64,000 nt of DNA from Stegostoma tigrinum (lineage: Eukaryota). The position numbers and the translations under genes are program-made. Of this stretch, positions 37,248 to 50,528 are shown piece after piece. Numbering within the stretch: position 1 is the stretch's first letter; the number at the start of each line of letters is the position of its first letter. The stretch covers positions 126,618,808 through 126,682,807 of the forward strand of contig NC_081357.1 of assembly GCF_030684315.1 (NCBI RefSeq). Reading direction: 5' to 3'. The notes beneath the pieces were generated by a model. It ran no database searches, was not told the origin of the DNA, and worked only from the letters and a program-made list of their open reading frames with translations.

Positions 37248-39920
37248 CCGATTCAAGAGGTTTTGTGGAGGAGTGTTTAATGTGTTCTGTGCTATATGCT
37301 TGTGTGCAATGGGGGAAAGCAATTGGATAGATAACTGAAGAGAAAAAGAAAACCTCCAGGACTACCAGGAAAAGGCTGGGGAGTGGGGTTAGTTGGATTG
37401 CCCTTGAAAAGAGCTGGCATGGACATGACAAGCTGACTGAAATCCTTCTGTGCGACAACCATTTAATAATTTCATTCGTGTCCAATATTATTTTGCATGT
37501 ACTAATCTGCTTATTTATGTCTGCTTTGACACAAAAATGGTAAAAGTTGAGCATGTCTTTGACAGTAATGTCACTGATTGGAGAGGTATGTAGAGTGAAT
37601 AGGTGAACAGCTGCCCCTGTCATGGTAGCAATAGATCAAAAGGCTGTGTATGCTGCAGCCTTTCTGATTTTACATCTGGGATCTTTTGACTGCAGGCAAC
37701 AATGCACTGGGGTAGAAAAGAAATGTAGGAATTATAGTACTGTGTTTTTATAGGATTTATTTTGCTTCATAACAAAATATTTAGTGTTTTTTTTAAGTGG
37801 AACTTATAAAAAAAGAGCTAGTACATGATTAAAAACTTATGATTGATAGTGCTGTTTTGTTTGCCATGTGTGCCCTTGATGCGCTCATCAGTGAACCTTG
37901 TTCCACACAGGCTGGTTACAGGCACTTGGGGACCTGTAATTATCAAGATATACCGTATTCAATTAAAATTTCAACTACATAGAGGATACATGAAGGATAA
38001 AGACATGATTTGTGTTGGATTGGTACCTTTGAACATTATTGAATTTTTTCATGATGGAATGCAATAAACAAATATAACCCCTGAATAAATGCCTTCTGCT
38101 TCTTTAGGTCAAAATTTATACGATTAAATAAATATCCCTGTTGAAGCCTGAATAAAACATGAACAAAATAGTCAGTAAACCAAATTAAAATAACATATCT
38201 CTGATCAAACAGTCTTGTTTTATCTTTTTATTGTTCAATTTGAAAACCACAGCTTGATAATAAATGCACTTCCATGCTTTCTATTTTGATTCCTATGTTG
38301 TAAGTTCAAAAATTGAGAGAACATATGTTTAGTCCAGGGTATACATTTGAACATAATGAGTGCATAGAGTATACCTTTAACTACCTGTTCATGTTTTGTT
38401 AGTCCAAAGGTAATGTTTTGAGCCTGAATAGTTTAAGAGTGAAAGAAGAAATGCCAGGCCAGATGAAAGACACAGTAGGTTAAAAATGACAGATCAAGTC
38501 ATCCTTTATTAGGCCCAACCAAGCCAACATGGATTTAATGAAAATTATTGCCATTGGCTGGAAGGAACTCATTTTGGAGATAATCACATAAACGGGTGAC
38601 TCTACTTCCCAGGGGCTATTTGTTAGACAACATGAGAAATCTAAATGATTTAACCTAGAATTTTTTCATGTTAAGATATTACGTTTCATTTCATAAAATC
38701 ATTACAATGTCATGGTGGAATATAGTGCATTTATTCTTTAAAGACTTTTGTCCTGTATAGGATATTCAGAGCTGTTGAATTTTACTTTCATGCCACATGA
38801 AACAGAAAGAGAACCATAAGTTTCTTTAAGGCCTTGGGCAAGTAGAAAGAGATGATAAAACAAATGTCACCTTGCTGCATGATTTCTTTGCAGATTGCCT
38901 TAAGATCTATCTGGAATACACTAGTGCTTTTTATTACTAGAGTTATTTCAATGTCGATATTCTTCAGTCTGCTTTCAGAAGCAATGAGACTTGTACTCTT
39001 TGTACCCAGTGTCTATAAAGATGAATTTTCCTTCCTTCCTGGTAGACTACAACTCAGTTAAATTCACTCAAATTAATGGTTCTTTCTCTAGTCTAAGCCC
39101 AAAATGTTATCGTGCAATGACTACCATAGAGTCTGATAACCATTAAAAAGAAATTGAAGTTTCATTTATTGAGCTGAAAGAATAACACTTGAGGATTTTA
39201 AAACATTAATTATGAGAAATAAAAACCATGATGATTTAAATTAATTATAGACTAACTACTTTTATTTCAGCAATTTCTAATTTAAACTCCAGAAAGAATC
39301 ATTCCCCATTTATACTTATAACACGGGGGACTCAGCGTGGAATTCGCCCTTACAGCAAACAATCCACAGTTACTTCAAGCTTCCAATGGTTTCTATATCC
39401 TTACTTTGTTGAGTAGTAACACTGGATGACTATCTTTTCCTTGTTTTACAGACAGTTCTTAAAATTCACGACCAGCAATAACACGGTTATAATAATAGCT
39501 CTTTTCCCAGCTAAGAAAATACCAGGACAAATTTTCTGGTATTCTGAGATGTCTGTGGGATTTTCTTCTTGTATATTTGCCTGTTATAGCTTGCAAAGTC
39601 TGCACTGGATCTTTGCTGTCTGTCTGAATTCATTGATCTTTAGGTCAATCTGTAACCCGATCTCAAAAATGTCTCCCCAACCTTCTTCGCCAAATCAATC
39701 CAGAAAGAAATATATGTTCCTCAATCAACATTACATAAACAAGCCATCTTTGTCAGTTTAAATTGGCAATGTGCTTTTACAAGAATTGTTTGGCTCTAAA
39801 GTGCTTTGGGGCACACTGCAGTTATGAAGGGACAAAATGTTCATTTTTCTTTTCAATGACTACCAGATTTTCAACCTTCTTGAGACACCCCCCTGAAACA
39901 GGTATAACACTGCTTTACAT

Positions 39921-40112
39921 AGGTGTAGCACTGGATGAGCACACCAGGCCAGGCAGCATCAGAGGAGCAGGAAAGCCAGTGTTTCTGGTCTGGATCCTTC
40001 TTCAGAAATTTCTGTATTTCTGAAGAAGAGTCCAGACCTGAAATGTCAGCTTTCCTGCTCTTCGGATGCTGCCTGGCCTGCTGTGTTCATCCAGCTCTAC
40101 ACCTTCTTATCT
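39921..40112. mobile_element. Palindromic family A element with two decayed hammerheads
   Basis: Inverted arms; CTGAAGAagagtccagacctGAAATGTC from 40020. Confidence 0.85.
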
Positions 40113-42814
40113 CTATTGCTGCTTTAGCTCCTCGAGCTGTCTGCAGTCTTTGATATCATTGATCAGATCTTGCTCCTCTACTGGTGTCCCACTAGACGGA
40201 GCTGCTTTCATTCTTATGTGTGTAAGTATTTGTGTGTTTGAGGAGTGGCTGTGTTGTGCTTAAATTTTAGTGATTGGGAAAAATGGCATCATTTGCTTTT
40301 TGATTTAAACCTACAAGAAAGTCTGCTTCCTGCCTGTTCTTTAGCCACAGCACTTGAAAGGTTTAATATAGCCCTTCTTAAATATATATCTTATTGTGGC
40401 CGGCTAAGAGGGAGAAAAAAAGGGGAAAACTTTCCCACATCTCTCCCCATCTGCAAGAGACAACCTATTTGTGTCATGACTAACACCATATATTTCTATC
40501 TTGATTATACTGCTTGAGCTCACTCCTTTCTTAGCTCATCTACTGTTGAAACCCTCCCCATGGCTTACTTAGCTCTAGAATTGATTGTTCCAATGTGCTG
40601 CAAACTGATCTCTCACTGTGCCAACTTACAAGTGTGGGAAATGTGGTGGATTGCCTGCCCCTCAAGCAACCAATTAACACTTAATCATCCAGTTAGGATT
40701 CAAGGGTAACTAGAAAAAGTAATTGCCCAGCAGGTGATGCCGACGTTCCATCAATGAACAAAAAAAAGTGTAATGGATGGAGAGAAAGTTACAGGAGTAA
40801 AGGTTAATATTTACAAAAGGAGTGCAGAGGATGAGATTTCTAAACATTTAAGTGATGAGCAACTTTATTAATGGATCATATTGTGTATTATGAGAGCAGG
40901 CAAGGTTTCTCTGCTGCCAATAATGTCTTAAATTATCTGAGAAACGAAGTACTCAAAGCTCTTCTGAACCATTGAGATTATCCTAAGTGCACATCAATTA
41001 TATAAGATATAACTCTCCATGGTGTACTGTGTGGTAAGTAAGGAAATAGAGGGAGGTTTGGATTCAGTATTGTCTGCAGGAAAACATCTGATCTGGAGAT
41101 CTAGGATGCTTAATATGATTTTCCTTTTGCAGAGTATGACGTTATCTACTGAGCTGATTCCCCAGTTTGGTACTTCTGGTGAGAATCAGTGTCCACAGGG
41201 AACTCTGACTGGAAAATCAGGGACTATGATGTGGACGTGGAGTGGGAGCAGAGCTCCTGCAGTTATAAATGAAATGATGAAAGCTACTTTACTGCAGGAA
41301 CTCACAATCATCGTTTTATTCCATTTGCTGCCTGAGAAGCTGTGAGATTGATAATTTAGGTGAGCTGCCAGTCTGGAAACTCAACACAAACACAAAGGTG
41401 ATTATAGCACAAGTGAATGGGTGTTCACGTAAAAGTGACCCCCCCGCAATACAATTCCCAAAGCTTGACCAAATGTCAAGACCCTAGATCCTACTGCCCC
41501 CAAGGCGTTCGGTGATATTACCTCACTCTGTGCACATTGAAACTGTCCCAGATGTGAGTGAGGCTGAAATTTCTTCCTAACATACCTCTCAGAGGAGTGA
41601 GGGGAATGATTGAAGTGAAGTATTTTAATTGACGTGGAGATGTATTCCCTGTCCACCTGTCCAATACAGTTGGCAGAGGTCTCCCAGTACCAGAGGAAAG
41701 CCCGACTGCAGCAGGAGGTAAGTAATTGGGAGGCTGTGTCAGTAAAGTGCCTTTCTTAGCCAGTTTCTAAAAACTTCAATTGAAAAACAGAATGGGAAAA
41801 AACAGTCAGGCCATCACTGAATGTTGGGGGTAAGCTGTACGCGTTCATGGGGAGTTCCTATTTGGCTATTGCCTCCGGGCAGATTGGTACAGTGTGTAGC
41901 CCTGTCAGGAGATCTGGCATCACAGCCTGCTCCTGGATTTCCACCTCCTGACAGTTAGATCTATGTCTCCTTCTGACCCGTCACATCACGTTGGGAAACA
42001 GACCGGAAAACTCTAAACATACCGAACGTAAGATTCTTCATGACCCTATCGCCTGCCGGTCTTGTGCTGCCTTACCTGGCTCCAAACCTTCCCCCACTGC
42101 CTCACTCAGGAGGCCGGTACTCCTGCCCTGAGGCAGAGACACTATGGCTGATGCTGGTGATTTTGGGTCGTACCTTACCACCATTCCTGACTTTGTGCAA
42201 AGCTGTATTTTCCCCATGTCATCCACAGTTTGATGCTTAGATGTGCTGTTTCAGTTATGGCTGCTCTCATTCCCTCCAACAGAAACAGCATTAGAAGCCC
42301 AGAACCAGCTAGGATCCTACCTATTTCTTGTGCCTCAGCACCATTTAATAAACTCAGTCAGAGCTGAACGTGTACATCATTCTTTCTTGCTATAAGGTTC
42401 TTTATTGCTAATCTCATTGCTAATATGTAGGCCTCATTGTGACTTTATGCCAGTGTGGGCATTAGCTGGCTTCCAATAAAAGCAAAGATAGGTATTCTCG
42501 TCTTCAGGCTTGCTGGGGCAATGGGAGTGGAAGGCAATGTGTGCCAGTGAGGTGAGGCTTAAAGATTCAGAGTTAGATGGTAGTCACTCACTCACAACAA
42601 TGAGGAGAGGCAGTACACAGAAGGTCCATTGGAGGAGGCTAGGGGACCACATCTGCTCTGAGAAGCATTCAGATCTGATCATTTCTAGCACCATTTAATT
42701 GTTGTACCTCTCGTGACTGTGGAAGCCTAGCCAGCCAGCATTGTATTCAGCTCAGGCTCCCAGATTGAACTGTGTAAGGATGGCACACGTACATGCATTT
42801 ACTATCATCATTAT

Positions 42815-44405
42815 CTGACAGGATCAGACAGAGTCAGCATGGATAAATGAAAGGAAAATGATGTTTGACCAATCTGCTGGAATTTGTCAAGGAGGTATCC
42901 AGTCGAGTTGTTAAAGGGGAGCCAGTGGATGTGGTTTACTTGGACCTTCAGAGGCTTTTGATGAAATCCCACACAAGAGATTGACATGCAAAATTAAAGC
43001 GCATGGGATCGGGGTAGTGTATTGAAATGGACAACTGGTTAGCAGATAGGAAATAAAGAGTGGTAGTAAGTTTGGTTTTCTGAGTGTGAAGCAGTGCTTG
43101 GTGGGATATTGTAGGATCACTGCTTGGACCCCAATGATTCACAATATATAATTAATGATTTAGGTGAGGAAACTGAATGCGATATCTCCAGGTTTGCAGA
43201 CAACACAAAGCTGTGTGGGAGGGTGAACTGTGAGGAGGGTGCAAAGATGCTTCTAAGGTTTTGGAGTAGATCAATAGCTCAGGTTGTGGGTGCTGAGGTT
43301 GGTTGGCTCGCTGAGCTGGTTTATTCTTCTGCAGACATTTTGTTACTGTGCTGGGTAACATCCTCAGTGCAGCCTCTGATGAAGCATCGGTGTGTTTTCC
43401 CGCCTGGTTTTTAAACTCTGGGGTCCATTGTGATGGATTGCCTCACTTCCGGATTTCCTCCACTGTGGAATGTGTATGGGGTCGAGTTCAATGTGTTTAT
43501 TAATAGTCTGCTTCATGGAGTGCCATGCTTTCAGGAATTCTCGTGCTTGTCTCCGCTTAACCTGCCCCAGGATCTTGGTGTTGTCTTGGTGATGCTTCAG
43601 TGAGATTTGAACAAGTTCTGTGATTGGACAAATGCATGGCAGATGAGGTAAATTGTGGATAATTATGGGGTTATCCTCTTTGGTAGCAAAGACAAGAAAG
43701 CTGCTTAATTATCTGAATGGTGATAGATTGGGAATGGGAGGTTGCACTGGGATCTGAAAAGAAGACTATTGATGCAGCAGGCAGTAAAGAGGGCAAATGA
43801 TATGTTGATCTTCACAGTGAGAGGATTTGAGCTCGAGAGTAGGGATGTCTTGCTGTAATTGTACAGGGCTTTGGTGAGACCACACCTGGAGTACTGTATG
43901 CAGTCTTGGCCTCTATCTTTGTGGAAGGATGTTTTGGCTAAAATGAGATTGTGGTGAAGGTTTCCCAGACTGATTCCTGGGATGGCAGGACTGACTTGAG
44001 AGACTGGATTGTATATTCACTGGAGTTTAGAAAATTAAAGGGGGAGTCTCATAGAAGACTATAAAATTCTAACAGGACTAGAAGAGTAAATGGAGGAAAG
44101 ATGTTCTCAAAGACCTGGAAGTCTTGAAACAGATGTCACAGTCGAAAGATACGTGGTAGGCCACTGAGAACCAAATGAAGAGTAATTTCTTCATCTAAAG
44201 AGTAATCTACCTGTGGAATTCTCTGCCACATTAAGGTTGAAGCCAAAACATTATGTTTTCAAGGTCTGAGGGCTGAAGAAATCAAAGGGTGTGGGGAGAG
44301 ATCAATACCAGGGTACTGAACTGGATGATCTGCCATGATCATATTAAAGGACAGAACAGGGTTGAAAGGCTGACTGGCCGATCCCTGCTCCTTTTTTCTA
44401 CATTT
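42815..44405 (+). mobile_element. Degenerate CR1 RT region
   Basis: YLDLQ.AFDEIPHKRL, SRFADNTKL and RPHLEYCMQSW. Confidence 0.88.
43254..43590 (-). mobile_element. Poseidon-type Penelope 3' end inserted in CR1
   Basis: Reverse complement of about 11130-11460; 8-bp TSD gatgcttc (43246-43253, 43591-43598). Confidence 0.9.
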
Positions 44406-45268
44406 TTGGATTTCTTTTACATTTTAATCCACCTCCACTTACAACACTCTCCTATCAAAACTGGGGAATAGAAGATTAATATTGACCCTTGTGTGTATAC
44501 ATTTCAAATAATCTTTATACTGGGATGATTTTCATTTTGGCTACAATTCAGCTTTCAGTGTTCTTTCTTCTTCTCAGATGTGTGGTGGCCTCCTGGGGAA
44601 TGTCAGTATGGGCCCGGATTGATTTTTTTTCAGGTTTAACTTTATACTGAGTTCACAAAATCCTGTTGAAATGAATTGAGAATGAGACAGGCTGAGAGAC
44701 AAGGACACTGTTGCAAAGCTCGTATCTTTGGCTGTGCTGCGAATTTACCCAAGATATTGGCTAATGGTGCATAACCCCTTGCATTTACAGACAATTCACT
44801 ATCTTGTCCCTTCACGCACTAACCAATATCCTTTGGTTATTCTGACATTCCTGGTGCATTGAACAATATTCGACATGCTAGGAAAAAAATAAAAAATGAT
44901 AGGTAAAACATTGGGTGAAGTTTTCTTCTTGACTTGCCTGCAGAGCTAGTTGGGGAGGATTAGTGTGTAGAAAACTTGGAAGTCAAGGTTCCAGCTTAGA
45001 ATTTTGAATGTGAAGCATCTATAGCATGTGTGTGACATCACTGATGAGCTCCCCACTCAGACACTAGTCTGATTGGCAGGGAGGTGCTATCTTATCCCTG
45101 AGTGTTTGGTAGAGGGAGGGAGATTTGTTCTTTGTTTACAGGGAGGTCTAATTCCCAGGGCCCCAGAATGGGAGGTACAAGTTTATGATGGGAAATGGAG
45201 ATCAAATGGAGAGGTTGGTGGGGTGACTGAAAGTCACAGAGGTTTGGGCACGCAGGCAAATTGAACCA

Positions 45269-46089
45269 GAGATAATGGGAACTGCAGATGCTGGAGAATC
45301 CGAGCTAACAAAGTGTGGAGCTGGATGAACGCAGAAGGCCAAGCAGCATCTCAGGAGCACAAAAGCTGACGTTTTGGGCCTAGACCCTTCATCAGAAAAG
45401 CTTTTTTTTCTGCATGTCCATGGTGAAAATGAAGCATTGGGGACCGGGGAAATGCTTGGGGACCGCTTTGCAGAACACCTACGCTTGGTTCGCAATAAAC
45501 AACTGCACCTCTCAGTCGCAAACCATTTCAACTCCCCCTCCCATTCCATAGATGACATGTCCATCCTGGGCCTCCTGCGTGCCACAATGATGCCACCTGT
45601 AGGTTGCAAGAACAGCAACTCACGTTCCGCTTGGGAACCCTGCAGCCCAATGGTATCAATGTGGATTTCACCAGCTTTGAAATCTCCCCTCCCCCCACTA
45701 CATCCCAAAACCAGCCCAGCTCATCCCCGCCTGCCTAAACTGTTCTTCCTCTCATCTATCTCCTCCTCCCACCTCAAGCCGCACTTCCATTCCCAACCTA
45801 CTAACCTCATCCCGCCTCCTTGACCTGTCCGTCCTTCCCAGACTGATCTATCCTCTCCCCGCCTATGCTCTCCTCTCCACCTATCTTATCCTCTATCCAT
45901 CTTCAGTCCACCTCCCCCCTCTCTTCCTATTTATTTCAGAACCCTCTCCCCATCCCCCTCTCTGATGAAGGGTCTAGGCCCGAAACATCAGCTTTTGTGC
46001 TCCTGAGATGCTGCTTGGCCTGCTGTGTTCATCCAGCTCCACACTTTGTTATCTCGGATTCTCCAGCATCTGTAGTTCCCATTATCTCT
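45269..46089 (+). mobile_element. Neptune-type Penelope 3' end with inverted 5' pLTR (family A parent)
   Basis: LGDRFAEHL..V...VANHFNSPSHS / LGTLQPNGINVDF; hammerhead 45962-45989; terminal inverted copy of about 125 bp at 45269-45395. Confidence 0.92.
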
Positions 46090-47093
46090 ATTCCCTGGAC
46101 TATTGTAATTTTGGCTGCTCAGAACCCACATTCAAGTTAAGGTTAGATTTCACAGGGATTAAAGGCTTTTACATGGCAATCAAACACATCAAGTTAATTC
46201 ATTTAGTAACCCAAATACAATAGAAAAGCTGAACTAATGTAATTTGCCGATAATGGAATAAGATATACACAAAGATACACCCTTGCAGAATGTTTCACCT
46301 GGATTCCAATTGTTAAGGTTGGATTTGAACCTGTGTTGTTTGGATTATCAGTCTAACAATTGCTGCGCTGGACTTATTACACTTTCAATCAAAAAGTTTC
46401 TTGTCTGGGAACAGTTGTCACCTTGGCATTTTGCTGGCTAGGCTCGTGTATGAAACTTGACACAGATCCACTTTGTCTTCTTTGGGCTGTACAAGTTGCA
46501 CGTATGTTCAATAACAACAAGTCATTTATATAGTGCCTTTAAAGTAGTAAAGCATCAAGAGGTGTTCAACATAAGCATCATAAAACAAAGTATATTACAG
46601 AATAATTTAAGATGGTAATAGGTTAGGCGACCAAAAGCTTGATAGAAAGATAGGTTTTCAGAGAATCGTAAAGCAGATAAGTGAGGTATAGGGGCACGGG
46701 TGAATAGGGAGGGCATTCCGAAGCTCAGTGACTAAAAATTGTCGCATCCCAATAAATTGCTGCTACATGTTAGGCATGTACCTGTTTGATTTAAACTCAT
46801 CCTCTGGCTTACAATCTAAATCTTTGTCTGATAAAATGCGGGTTCAGCCTGCTTTTTGAATGAGACCAAGATGTAGCTGCCAAAGATACATTGCAGTAAA
46901 TTTGTGTACAGTATACAGTCTATGATCTCTGCAACATCGATTCGCTGAGAAGATATTGAAAAGGAAATGGCATAGTCAAGAGCATAGGAGATAGAGGGTC
47001 TGCCTACTGGAGTGGTTGATTTTGTGAAACCTATATAAAGTATCTGAAGCAAAAACACAATAACATGACTGTAGTGAGAACTTACTGTAACAG

Positions 47094-47303
47094 TGATAAT
47101 AGGAACTGCAGATGCTGGAGAACCCAAGATAATAAAATGTGAGGCTGGATGAACACAGCAGGCCCAGTGGCATTCTCAGGAGCACAAAAGCTGATGTTTC
47201 GGGCCTAGACTCTTCATCAGAGAGGATGAAGGGTCTAGGCCCGAAACGTCAGCTTTTGTGCTCCTGAGATGCTGCTGGGCCTGCTGTGTTCATCCAGCCT
47301 CAC
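47094..47303. mobile_element. Palindromic family A element
   Basis: Perfect 14-bp TSD acttactgtaacag (47080-47093, 47304-47317); head-to-head hammerhead cores at 47191-47220 (minus) and 47225-47250 (plus, lacking the first CT). Confidence 0.93.
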
Positions 47304-47619
47304 ACTTACTGTAACAGCATTGTTTCTGCTAACTTCTGGAGGCTGGGTGTAATTACAGCACATTCCCAATTTTCTACTTAAAATGATTACACTGGTAGGA
47401 GCCATTTGGATAATACTAAAAGTGCAATTCATGAATATGAATAAGCAATTTGTTTTACAAAATACACCCCCCACCCCCACCCACCATTGGACTGGCTGGG
47501 ACCATAATCTCAGTAAGGCAGGACTCCAGTCAAACTAAATCTCAGTCAGTGGTTTGCTTGGAACATGGCTGCAAAAGTCGTATTCACTCTGAATTTGTCT
47601 CTCTCTGTCAATACATATT

Positions 47620-48240
47620 ACTACTGTAACAGGAAGGATAATATTAAACTGGAAAGGGTTCAGAAAAGATTTACCAGGATATTGCCAGAATGGCTTACAA
47701 AGATAGGCTGGATAGGTTGGGGGATTCTGAAGAAGGGCCTAGGCCCGAAACATCAGCTTTCCTGCTCCTATGATGCTGCTTGGCCTGCTGTGTTCATCCA
47801 GCTCTACACCTTGTTATCTATGGATAGGCTGGGGCGTTTTTTCACAGCAGCATAGGAGGTTAAAGGGTGACCTTACAGAAATTTATAAAATCATGACAGG
47901 CATTGTTTCGGTGAATAGTGAAGGTCTTTTCTCTAAGGTGGGGGAGTCTGAAACTAGAGGACATATGTTTAAGGTGAGGGGAGAAAGATTTAAAAAGTAA
48001 ATGAAGGGTGACTTTTTTACATAACGAATAGTTCGTGTGTCAAAAGAACTGCCAGAGGAAGTGGTGGATACAGGTACAGTTACAACATTTAAAAGACATT
48101 TGGACAAGTTCATGAATAGGAAAGGTTTGGACGGATATGGGCCAAATGCAGGCAGGTGGGACTAGTTAAGTTTGGAAATATTATTAAAATGTTCCAGTTA
48201 GGTCTATTTCTATGCTGTATGATACTATGACTCTATGACT
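47620..48240 (+). mobile_element. CR1 3' fragment
   Basis: KLERVQKRFTRILP and TRGHMFKV; tail ctatgactctatgact. Confidence 0.9.
47723..47820 (+). mobile_element. Single-arm family A hammerhead element inserted in CR1
   Basis: TSD tggatagg(t/c)tgggg (47709-47722, 47821-47834); CTGAAGAagggcctaggcccGAAACATC. Confidence 0.9.
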
Positions 48241-48619
48241 ACTCACAGAAAACTTAAAAATGCTTCCTGCCAGGAGCTGAGTGTGGATCTGTGTAATAAT
48301 GGAGTCCAGATTTTTACTTCTGGAAAATATTTGTTATCTAGGCAGTTCTATGTCTGTTTACTTTAATGAATTTGACTTTACCAAATTATACAAGCAGATG
48401 TGGAAAAATGAGTTTCAAAACTGAAATACTCAGATCTGTCATGTGGTAAAATCGCAGTTCAATGCTTTGGATTGGATTTTCACAGAGAAAACAGGAAGAT
48501 CAGATTGGAAAGCTTCCCACACTGGCAGAACCACCCCTAGATCAAGCTCACACCGTAACATCTTCATTCTGGGGAGTTGGGTACAAGTTTGAGCCAGGCC
48601 TTTGTTCAGCCGTTCTGAG

Positions 48620-48916
48620 CTCCATACAGTGCTGAAGCAGGCCATTCGGCCCAATGAGTCTCCACTGGTCCTCCGAAAAACATCCCACCCAGACCCACTC
48701 CCTGCATTTCCCATCCGGGATGCTATGGACAGTTTAGCATGGCCAATTGACCTAACCTGCGCATCTTTGGACTGTGGGAGGAAACCGGAGCACCCGGATG
48801 AAACCCACGCAGACATGGGGAGAATGTGCAAACTCCACACAGACATTTGCTCGCAGCTGGAATTGAACCCGGGTCCCTGGTGCTGTGAGGCTGCAGTGCT
48901 AACCACTGTGCCACCA
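48620..48916 (-). mobile_element. HE1-like V-SINE
   Basis: tRNA head, V-domain tgtgtggagtttgcacattctccccatgtctgcgtgggttt, CR1-type tail. Confidence 0.9.
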
Positions 48917-49640
48917 TGTCAGTGATATCACTGTTTATTGGGTCCAGCTTCAACAGGACTGTTAGACCCTCAAATACTTGGAAATGCCACCTGACTGGAC
49001 GGCTGATTGGTGACTGAAGCTTGGGACTAGTTTGAGAGAGTACATTTGGTTAACTGTGCTAAACCCCCTGACTCACAGGTGTCCCATGGACCGCTCCCCA
49101 AAGACTTACAGGCATGTTGCCTTGCTTGTTTCAGATGCCATGTGTTTGGTGTGTATAATGAGGTCATGTGGCACAGCAGACTGGCATATGACAAGATGCA
49201 CATGCCCTCGGCTGAGGACAGCTGCACAGCACAGCCACCTCTGTCTGGTGGTATGATTATATCAATCGCCAAGGCATGACACTTCAAGGCTTGGGCGCTG
49301 TAGATATGCCATTAGGTCTGGTGACTGGGTGCTGGCAGCCCTGGTTGGTAGCCTGCTGCACAGCTTGCACTAGTGCCAGTTGTTGTGTCACATTTGTACT
49401 TAGTGCAGGAATACAGTGCTGTTTGCGGGTGTGCCCTGCCAGGCAAGTCTACACTTGCAGGGAGCAGTGCCAATGCATTGGAAGATTCCCGGACGGTGGT
49501 GACATGGAAAATGGAGTGCCAATGTATGTGGTTGAAGGGTATGTGTGACTGGTGCTGATACACTGTACCTTACACTGCAATTTGTCCATGAGCACGGTGA
49601 AGGTCTTGGAGTAAGGGGTGAGTTGAACCCGTCAAAAACT

Positions 49641-49851
49641 TAGAGATACTAGGAACTGCTGATGCTGGAGAATCTGAGATAACAGGGTGTAGAGCTGGAT
49701 GAACACAGCAGGCCAAGCAGCGTCAGAGGAGCAGGAAGGCTGATGTCTCTGGCCTAGACCTTTCTGATGAAGGGTTTAGGCCCGAAAGGTCAGCTTTTGT
49801 GCTCCTAAGATGCTGCTTGGCCTGCTGTGTTCATCCAGCTTCACACTTTGT
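49641..49851. mobile_element. Palindromic family A element with arms from two subfamilies
   Basis: Inverted arms; plus-strand CTGATGAagggtttaggcccGAAAGGTC near 49764. Confidence 0.88.
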
Positions 49852-50352
49852 TCTACTGCTTGACTAACTGCTTGAGATGCGCAAGATGATCTTGATATCG
49901 CAATAAGTCACTCAAACATATTACCTGATTTTACCACACATCTCACCATAGCCCACATTGCTCAGAAACTGATCATATTTCCACCAGTGTTGTAAGAATT
50001 GCTCATATCGTATTGCATAGAGAATGCAGCAATCACTCTGCAGTGCCGCACAAGAAACAGTGAGATGAATAACGTTCTGATCTGATTTTAATGGCATTGG
50101 CTGAAGGTAATTGTTTTCTAACAGTTCAAAAGTAGTGAAACAAAAACCGTATTTTTCCAAAAAAGAAATTTCTATCCTCTTCTTCCTGCAATGGATTCAC
50201 AATAAATTTGATTCCTTTAGACTGAAAAACAGTTTCAATAGCCTGTTCTAAAGTATAACTAGCGGTTACTTGAAGATTGTAAATTACAACACCAGTCTAA
50301 TAAAGCTTGCACATCCTCCATAGTTATCAGTTTGACAAGCACTACCTGGGAA

Positions 50353-50528
50353 TGGATGTCTATTTATAAATATAAATTGATAAATGGAAAGCCAGCGCTT
50401 CGTCGGAGGCTCACTGATGATGTTACCTAGAATGGTGACGAAACGTCTGAAAACGAACCTTCCAGCTCAGCGAGCAAACTCACATCCAGAAACTCAACCT
50501 GAGCTACAAATCTTCTCAGAACTCGCTA
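50353..50528 (+). mobile_element. Solo Poseidon-type pLTR
   Basis: Similar to 11320-11460; TSD ac(t/c)acctgggaa at 50341-50352 and 50529-50540. Confidence 0.85.
50411..50450 (+). ncRNA. Minimal type I hammerhead ribozyme motif (intact core)
   Basis: tca-CTGATGA-t-GTTACC-tagaat-GGTGAC-GAAAC-GTC-tga: stem I TCA/TGA, 6-bp stem II, GUC cleavage triplet. Confidence 0.8.

Noticed and set aside
43376-43400. Antisense CTGATGA in the Poseidon pLTR suggesting a second ribozyme
   Set aside because: No downstream GAAA/stem II, and not conserved in the copies at 11330 and 50400.
48850-48916. tRNA gene-like A/B boxes (also 59521, 27830, 13200)
   Set aside because: SINE heads; they continue into SINE bodies and show no complete cloverleaf.
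48930-49630. Cys/Trp-rich short ORFs in GC-richer DNA (also 51000-51650, 52960-53150, 60200-60470)
   Set aside because: No domain motifs; probably decayed DNA-transposon or MITE remnants that I cannot classify.
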